Positions 55,741-64,000 of a stretch of 64,000 nt of DNA are shown here, piece by piece; the stretch's first letter is position 1; every line of letters begins with the position of its first letter. The stretch is from assembly GCA_964016885.1 (NCBI GenBank), contig OZ024742.1, positions 55,366,001 through 55,430,000 of the forward strand. The letters are read 5' to 3'. Position numbers and translations under genes: made by a program. This DNA comes from Eledone cirrhosa. Its lineage: Eukaryota. Under the pieces are notes generated by a model. The model worked only from the letters and a program-made list of their open reading frames with translations, did no database searches and had not been told where the DNA came from.

Positions 55741-56314
55741 TTCAAAATGTTCTGAAGTTAAAGCAACATAAGTATAGCAGTCAATTTTATTGGCTGCATA
55801 TCCAAAAATGTTAAAATTAAATTACCGAATACCATGGTTGATAGGAAATTTCATGATCTCAAGTACTGTTGTTAAGGAGAATATATAGCTTCGAATGTAT
55901 TTCATGAAAAACACCTGTCAATTATTTTAATCAGCAGACTAATTCAATTAAACTGTCATAGTTAGAATAGTACAGAAACATAAGCTTTGTTTGGTACTTA
56001 GATCTACATTGTTTCATATAATATCGCTAACGTAAAGGAAAATTCACTCCTCGTATATTCTACTTTATCAGAAAATGAATACATTGTCTGAGAAAATTGT
56101 TTATTAAATAGGGTCCGAGAAAACAAACTACATGTTAGTATTACTATCTTGTTACATTTATGAATTTTTTGCAGTTTAATTGTTAAATAGAATGGTGTAT
56201 CATGAATTAAACACCATTTACAACCGTGTAATGTACGAAATGAAACAAACATATGAATAAGGGCAATAATAAAATATTGGAAGTAACAATACATACACAC
56301 ACTGTTATATATAT

Positions 56315-56645
56315 ATATATTTATATTGTTATACTTTGGGAGGGTCATGTTGCCAATAAGAAACACACGCACCAGTAGCTTTCACTTCAATTTATTATAA
56401 TAAATTTATAAATTTAGGAATTTATAAATTTCCGGTTGGTTGGTTGGTTCCACAACCAGATGGTTGTTTATATATTGTCAAAGTTCTTTCGTAACACATT
56501 CTGTGACCTCTTCAGTGACTGGGATTCTTTTCTTGTATTTTGTGCCTCTCCTTTGTTCTGTCCTACGCCATCTTGTTTTTGGGTGTGATAAAGAATCTTG
56601 CTAAAGAATCTTGCTAAACAAATTCCGAAACGAAATTCAGAAATG
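56315..56645 (-). mobile_element. Second copy of the 5108-5510 element; hammerhead-like motif at 56477-56519
   Basis: Minus strand GTCA-CTGAAGA-GGTCACAGAATGTGTTAC-GAAA-GAAC-TT-TGAC. Confidence 0.8.
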
Positions 56646-56669
56646 AAATAAATATATATATATAAATAA

Positions 56670-56748
<79 letters not shown>

Positions 56749-56762
56749 TAAATCAATGATAT

Positions 56763-56959
56763 TAATAAATGGAAACTATATTTATAAAACCATATTTATT
56801 CTATTATATATATTCCAAGGGTACCAAAACTTTTGTACGCTCTCATCAGATAAAATACAAAGTTTGTTTTACAAATATTGACATATCTAGGAACGAGACC
56901 TTCACGGTTCAAGTTTTACCAGGTAAAAGTTCAAATTCTACATATTAGATATCCCTTTG

Positions 56960-57031
<72 letters not shown>

Positions 57032-57187
57032 GGGTTCAATCAGGGATAACCACAGTAAGTAAGGTATTCAATGCAAAGCAGAGTATACATATTTAATATA
57101 GAAATGGCTTCTACAGGATTAGAACTGTTTCTTTCGGGAGAAAATATTAGGAAGCCCGAATGAAACAGATCTTGTCCTGTAGAAGCC

Positions 57188-57233
<46 letters not shown>

Positions 57234-57330
57234 TTTATTTTATCTGATGAGAGCGTACCAAAGTTTTGTTAACCTTGGAATATATATAAAAAAATAAATA
57301 TGCTTTTATAAATATAGTTTCCATTTATTA
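56763..57330. repeat. Inverted repeat (arms 56763-56857 and 57236-57330) with hammerhead-like motifs (GGAA for GAAA), interrupted by a nested foldback element
   Basis: TTTTAT-CTGATGA-GAGCGTAC...CCTT-GGAA-TATATA-TA on both arms. Confidence 0.85.
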
Positions 57331-57365
57331 TATATATATATATATTATATATTATATATATACAC

Positions 57366-57405
<40 letters not shown>

Positions 57406-57559
57406 GAGAGAGTGGAATTGGAAATCGTAAGGAAAATATATTTAAGGATCCGTTTTTCTTTTTTTCTTCTTTGATTCGTTAAATTGACATTATTGAAAAA
57501 ATGAGAAGAACAATTCTTTTTAAAAAAAAGGAGTTTTATAATGTATACAAAATATATTA

Positions 57560-57607
57560 AATATAACCGGTTTCGATGTATCGGTGTAAACCATCTTATC
57601 AAATGTT
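57560..57607 (-). ncRNA. Type I hammerhead motif with U3-A8 core
   Basis: AACAT-TTGATAA-GATG/13 nt/CATC-GAAA-CCGG-TT-ATATT. Confidence 0.75.
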
Positions 57608-58027
57608 GAATATTGCAATTAAAAGAATTAAAAGAATTAAAAGAATTACAAATTAAAAACTAAGTGTTGAAAAGGTCTGTTCATCTGTTGTTGTTATATA
57701 TACATTGTACCAAAGTGTATACATTAAGATAACAATCATGTATGGATGTACAGAAGTACTACATTTTTATATATTGTTTTTAATATACCGTTTCTGCTTT
57801 GCGTTGCATTTTATTGCGCTTGTAAAGTGCAATGTATTAATTGGTAAGGTATGGACTTCATCTATTGTATGCAGTTATCTCATGTATGTAATACAATTGT
57901 GACTTCAAACAATTTCTAAACTCCTCAAGAAATGAAGAGTGATATATCGTGGTATGGCCCACCGCTCAATCTAACAGAAAACACAATTATCAGGCTTTCC
58001 ATATTATACTTAACATCTATTAATATT

Positions 58028-58207
58028 TTGGCAGTATCGGTAGAGGGTCGGACGCCATGCTTTCCAGCATAGTTACGTCTCTTTGCGGTCTGAGTTCAAA
58101 TCCCGCCGAGGTTAACTTTGCCTTTCATCCTTACGGGGTCGATAAAATAAAGTACCAGTAATGTACTGGGTAATTGATGGTCTTGTGCCAAAAGAAGAAA
58201 CAATTAT
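58028..58207 (+). mobile_element. Main-family SINE; an older copy follows at about 58318-58480
   Basis: Consensus match. Confidence 0.92.
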
Positions 58208-59959
58208 TTATAATATAAAACAAAACATAATATAGGACAAAAATAAAAATAAATATAGATAGATAGATAATTAAACAATTATTTTCCAGAATTACAAACA
58301 TTTATATATTAGAATGAGGTGGTGAATTGGCAGAGTCGTTTAAACATCAGGTAGAATGCTTTATGGTATTCGTCCCGGCTCTCTACCCTCTGAGTTCAAA
58401 TCCTGCCAAGGTCAACTTTGCCTTTCCTCATTTCGAGGTCGATAATAGTAAGTACCAGTCTATTTCAGGGGTCAATACTTCATCTATATATATTTCCCAT
58501 TTCCTCTCTCTCAATGCCTATCTTTCTCTGGGAGAAATCTGCTGTACCCAGTACCGGAAAGGAGTGGGCTCCGCCAGGCTTAAAATGCCTAAGAAACGCC
58601 GTATGTCAATAGGCGCCCGTACGAATCTAACTGGAGTTACGGGACCATACATACATATATTAGAATGCTCTCCAAATATATGTATAAAAATATGCATTTA
58701 AAAACAATGTTACAAGTATTAATTCAACACAACTAAAAACATTTATAATATTTAAGTAAATAAATAATTTACAGTATTAGTCTGCATCTAGATGAAAAGT
58801 AGCTTCATAATTAATTGTATTACTCTAACCTTATATAATTTGGACATTTAAGCCAACATTAATTTGCACACGACGCTGCGTAACGATCAAAACAGTTGCA
58901 CCGGAAAACCGGGTGGTGTTTGCGTTTCTAAAGTAACTGTGTAGTGTTGTTGCTGGGCTGTATATTATTATTAGAGCCTGCTAGATGGTGGGCAGATTCG
59001 TCATTAGATAATAAGAAACTAGTTGTGCAAGTTATGTTAGATTGCTTATATTACTGATAGATGAATTTAGTAAGACGCTATGTTATCACAATTCCGTGCT
59101 GAGTATAGGAGGCATTTTCTGTGAAACATACAGAAAAATAAATCGAATTACTGTAACACTAAGATGGTATTATGATCCATACTCACTCTATACAGCAACT
59201 GAAGTGTCAAGAAAGGATAAGTATAAACATGCATCAACATTTTCGCTCGTGTGTTCAAGTGTACCTACAATTATTTATTTAGAATCAAGCCCAGGTATTA
59301 GTATTTTCAGTCTTCTACCTCTTAGATCGATTGGTGTTTTAGCTTTTAATAGATCATGCCTATATTCATTCGGACATAGTCAGAAGTTATCTCCATTGCA
59401 TAAGGTGGCATGAGTGGGAAATTACCAGAGATATAATGTGTTCATTTCACCAGAACTTGTTACAAACTCCAGGGTGGTATAATCTGAAATCTTAATTTGG
59501 ATATCGGATTATACCAACGGAGGGACTCATAAATTCATATGATAGACGTGCAAAACACACTACTATATATTAACGTCCCCATAAGGTATATACCGTAGCC
59601 ACAATAATAATTATCGTTAAGGTACACTACCGATAGAATGTGACTTAATAATCGAAATTGAAGTGGAAATGAAGACTGGCGTACCGTTTGTTCATTTATG
59701 TTACTAAGCTAATTCAATTATGAACCAGAATAAACATAGTATGTATTAGGATAGAGATTGATATTAAATATATAAGGAATTTAAAGGCCTTAGACGTCAA
59801 TTATAAATAAAATCTATCCAGGTTCTAGGATATAGTTTCCGCTTTCACTTAGTATAATAAATCTAGTATAATAAAAGTAGTTGGATTTTCTAAATGAGCA
59901 AGTCGAGAGATTCTCAGATTTCCCATATAGGGTTTCATGTTTTGATTTCAATATGCGCA

Positions 59960-62240
59960 GGCACTCAGTAAGGCGCAATATACATCTCTTATTTGTCAGT
60001 TGGTATGATGGTCGTTAAGGCAGAGTGCTCAAAAGATGCCTCCAACAGGTCCTGTCAGAAGCAACTACCTCCAACTGATTCGGCTGGAATCCCAAACCGA
60101 GATCAGCAAAGCTTGTGGTTGTTATCCAAAAACTTTGCTCGGGGATCTACCTTTTGGTCTCCTGCTGGTATGTTTTGTTCGTAAAATCTGTCTAGCGATT
60201 TTTTTTCTGAGACATTCTAACGACATGCCCATAGTATCGGAGCTGTAATCTGTCAATGCGATGAAGTAGTTGCTCTAAATGGAGCGACTCCCTGATCTCT
60301 GAGTTACGCAGTCTATCGAGTAATATTACTTCAAAGACCCATCGGAGGAACACCTTTTCGACCGCTTTCATTCGCGATGGTAATATTTCTGTCGTTGGAT
60401 TGGCAGTATCGGTAGAGGGTTGGACGCCATGCTTTGACGCATAGAGTTACGGCCCTTTATGGTCTGAGTTCAAATCCTGCCGAGATTAACTTTGCCTTTC
60501 ATCCTTACGGGGTCGATAAAATAAAGTACCAGTAATACACTGGGATAATTGCTGGCCTTGTGCCAAAATTAGAAACAATTATTTCTGTCGTATATGTATA
60601 TAATATATGTTGTTGCTGGGTTTCTTGGCACGGTTTAGGACATCATTGTTGGTGAATCGATCGGTCCACTTGCTTTCCGACATGCGTCTCATGTTGCGAA
60701 GCTTCTGACTGGAGTAGAGACTCCATGTCACGCTGTCGTAAAGTAGTGGGCTAAAGCCGCGTGAATTGTAGACAGCAATTTAGGTGTTCGTAGTCAGTTT
60801 TCTTACTCTCTTGCTCAGCCTGGAAAATGTGGAGGCTGCTTGTTCAGCTCATCTGCTGTTACCGGGGTCCAACGAGAGGCTGTCAGTGATGGTAGAGCTG
60901 AGGCAGATGGGTTCCTGGAATATCTCCAGCTCTTATTTGTTGATGGTGATGGTAGGGGCTGCTTGAGACCTTGGCCCAGTACGTTGGTTTTCTTCAAACA
61001 AATACTCACACCGAATTCCTAGCAGGCCTACGAGAGTTGTCCCATAATGTTCTGGCTTTGCTCCACAGATTTCGCTGCGAGTCATCCTCAATGAATATCT
61101 GACGAATCCTGGATTTAGCTTTCAGCCTTGCTGTTGCTCCTCACCGTCCTCAATGCATGAAGCGTTGCTCAGGCGAGTTGGTGTTTGTGCTTCAAAAGGG
61201 CAGCACGTTTCTCCTCTATGGTCGCATCTAGCTCATTCACGCTCGTCTCAACCCAGTCATATGTCGTTCTTCGATTTTTCACTAAGGTCTTCAATGCAGT
61301 CTTATGGATGGTGTCCCTGAGAGAGTCCCATCTCTGCTGAACATTACCTTCCAGTGGGTCAATAAAGAGGGCGTTCTCCAGTAACTTGAGGAATGCAACT
61401 GCTTTGGCTGACTGCTGTGTGACTGTAACATTGATACGTTGCTTGTTCAGAGGCTTGGCGTGGTGAATCATCTTTGGTTGAAGTTTGAGATTGTAACAAA
61501 CAAGGGATAGTGATCTGTGTCACAGTCAGCGCTCGGAAAGTAACAATTCAGGAGCAGGTTTCATAGATGGTTGGATCTTATGAGGATCAGATCTAGCTGG
61601 TGCCATAGAGGGAGGACGCCAGGAAATTTGAGATGAGCTTTGGCCTGGAAATAGGTGTTGGTGACACATTGTCCATCGAGCAAATAGAGCTCAATCAGTC
61701 GTTGCTCATTGTCATTCATGTTGCCGACCCTGTAGCGTCAATGTTCAGGATTCGTCGTCGGCGCCCACTCTGGCGTTGAGATCACCAAGTAGTATTCTAT
61801 CAGGATAGCCTGCATTTTCCTTGAGGGTTGATCTTAAAGTGTGTCCTTGTTGTCTTGTGTGTAATAGATGGTTGGGGCATAAGCACTGTCACGGTTGACT
61901 GGTCCATCGGAAGTGTGCATTTGTAGTGAGAGGGTATGAGAGCCGCATATTCTGGGGCGCTGCAATGACTACTCGAAGTCGTAGCAGTTCATTATTGATC
62001 GCTACAGCGTGTGTCGCTGATAATGTTCCAGCATCCTAGTCACAATGCTGGTTTCTTACAGTCTCTCATTGCTGTCTTTCTTAGTGCATTGTTTACAGCG
62101 CACGATTCAGAATATTTGTATCCTTAGGCCCAACGCACGCAATTGAACAGGTGTGATGTAACTGGACAGCACATAACTGGCTGGCTTCTGCCAGGCTTGA
62201 GATGGGCGGTAGCTGTCCAGTGAGGCACGATCGATTCTCA
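59960..62240 (-). mobile_element. Decayed RTE-clade LINE with large internal deletions
   Basis: APE remnants AYAPT, ILLGDLNARVG, VTNTYFQAK and WHQLDLILIR; WDSLRDTIHKTA...DWVE; LKKTNVLGQG; AASTFSRLSKRV. Confidence 0.88.
60396..60580 (+). mobile_element. Main-family SINE inserted in the RTE, with 12-bp TSD
   Basis: TATTTCTGTCGT at 60384-60395 and 60580-60591. Confidence 0.93.
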
Positions 62241-62272
62241 CTATCTCATTTAAACGCACACACATGTGTATA

Positions 62273-62342
<70 letters not shown>

Positions 62343-62426
62343 AAGTTATATTTAAAATTGTTGGGTTACAACTAGTAAATATTTATAACTGATATAAAAG
62401 CACTCGACAAATATTTGGAGTATATT

Positions 62427-62749
62427 TACAATATTAAATAAATGGAAAACTATATTTATAAAACCATATCTATTTCATTATATATATTTCGGGGATATCA
62501 TATTAACAATATGCTATGCCTTCATCAGACAAAATACAATATAAACAGTTTTATAGATAAATATATTCGACATACCGTAATAAACATCAACTTCATTTGA
62601 AGAGGTTTACGCTAGCAGTGAAAATCTATAAAACTGTTTATATTGTATTTTGTCTGATGAAGGCATAGCATATTGTTAATATGATATCCCCGAAATATAT
62701 ATAATGAAATAGATATGGTTTTATAAATATAGTTTTCCATTTATTTAAT

Positions 62750-62755
<6 letters not shown>
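62427..62755. repeat. Apparently perfect inverted repeat, 132-bp arms, 65-bp spacer; hammerhead motifs at 62474-62533 (-) and 62649-62708 (+)
   Basis: TTTGT-CTGATGA-AGGCATAGCATATT/gtt/AATATGATATCCCC-GAAA-TATATA-TA-ATGAA; same family as 45825 and 57237. Confidence 0.93.
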
Positions 62756-62788
<33 letters not shown>

Positions 62789-62806
62789 TTATGTATATAT
62801 TCTAAT

Positions 62807-62901
<95 letters not shown>

Positions 62902-62903
<2 letters not shown>

Positions 62904-64000
62904 TGGATGAGAGGAAGATTGTGTGGTCACTGATAACGGGTGTTAGGAGGTAAGCAGACACAAACAAGATATGGACAGTCAACCTTCGTCAGCAGTTAAC
63001 TACGGATCACAGATGTTTCGGCGCATTATTATTATTGGTAGAAGGTCGGACGCCATGCTTTGCAGCATAGAGTGACGGCCCTTTATGATCTGAGTTCAAA
63101 TCCCACCGAGGTTAATTTTGCCTTTCATCATTACTGGTACATAAAGTACCAGTAATGCACTGGAATAATTGCTGGCCTTGTGCCAAAACAAGAAACAATT
63201 ATGAACTATACGTCTCCACGTAGCGCGCCCATAGTCTTTTATCTATCAAAAGGCCACGAGGGAGAGAAAGAAAAGAATAAAGAGAGAAGAAAAAAGGAAA
63301 ACAAAAAAAAACCTAGCGAGAGAAGGGGGAACACGAGACAATGGTACATGTAAGCAAGTAAACGAGAGAATGGAGATCAAGTTAAAAAAAGCCGTTGGGT
63401 TTAAGCCCGGGGCAATAATAACACAACTTAGGTATCCCATGTCTATCCCCAATGAAATCGCAACAGAAAGAGAGAAAGACGGAGGAAACGAAAGCGAGAG
63501 GGTGTAGAAGGCAGAAGGGGTGAGTGAGGAGGATAGAGAGAGAGAGGGAGAAGGAGGGAAAGAGAGTTAATCCAAACTGGTGTAGGACGCACGTGGACAG
63601 ACAACCAAGCGAGATCGATAGAGAGAAAGAAAGCGAAGGTCACAGCAGTAAATATAAAAATATGGATGAGAGGAGGGCTGTGTGGTTACTAATAACGGGT
63701 GTTAGGAGGTAAAGAGACACAAACATGATGTAGACAGTCTCCCTTCGTCAGTAAAGTACAGATCATGGATGTTTCAGCGCATTGGTAGATTGGCAGTATA
63801 GGTTGAGGGTCGGACGCCATGCTTTCCAGCATAGTTACGTCCATTTACGATCTGAGTTCAAATCCCGCCGAGGTTGACTTTGCCTTTCATCCTTACGGGG
63901 TCGATAAAATAAAGTACCAGTAATGCACTGGGTATTTGCTGGCCTTGTGCCAAAAGTAGAAACAATTATTAACTATACAGCTATCCGTAGCGTGCCCATA
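62902..64000. repeat. Diverged tandem duplication (period about 759 bp); each copy has a SINE at the same site (about 63035-63202 and 63785-63970)
   Basis: TATGGATGAGAGGA at 62902 and 63661; AACTATAC...CGTAGCG.GCCCATA after each SINE. Confidence 0.88.

Noticed and set aside
62980-63240. Hammerhead split by the SINE insertion (GGCGC...GCGCC-GAAA-CATCTG on the minus strand)
   Set aside because: No intact core upstream, G at the cleavage position and no consistent stem I in the second copy.

Overview
This is repeat-dominated, AT-rich animal genomic DNA, most likely from an octopus or another coleoid cephalopod (inferred from the SINE families and dense (TA)n/(CA)n/(GA)n/(ATT)n microsatellites). 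I cannot support any intact host protein-coding gene; most ORFs in the track are microsatellite translations or transposon fragments. Decayed retroelements present: three L1/Tx1 LINEs, three R4/Dong LINEs, one RTE LINE, one GC-rich CRE-type LINE fragment, two Penelope-like (GIY-YIG) fragments, a Gypsy integrase remnant, a probable Helitron 3' end and about 20 copies of one SINE family. The main signal is non-coding. Reading by eye I find about 20 type I hammerhead ribozyme (HHR) motifs, some intact and some decayed, from several distinct sequence families. They mostly lie in short islands next to (TA)n tracts and are arranged as tandem or head-to-head inverted repeats. They include a 318-nt tandem dimer resembling a non-LTR retrozyme (candidate circular RNA) and three families with the compensatory U3-A8 core. 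A second system is an (ATT)n-targeting Tx1 LINE and a SINE with matching 3' termini, with Dong LINEs using the same microsatellite on the opposite strand. All structures were folded and aligned by eye, so coordinates are approximate and no activity is demonstrated.
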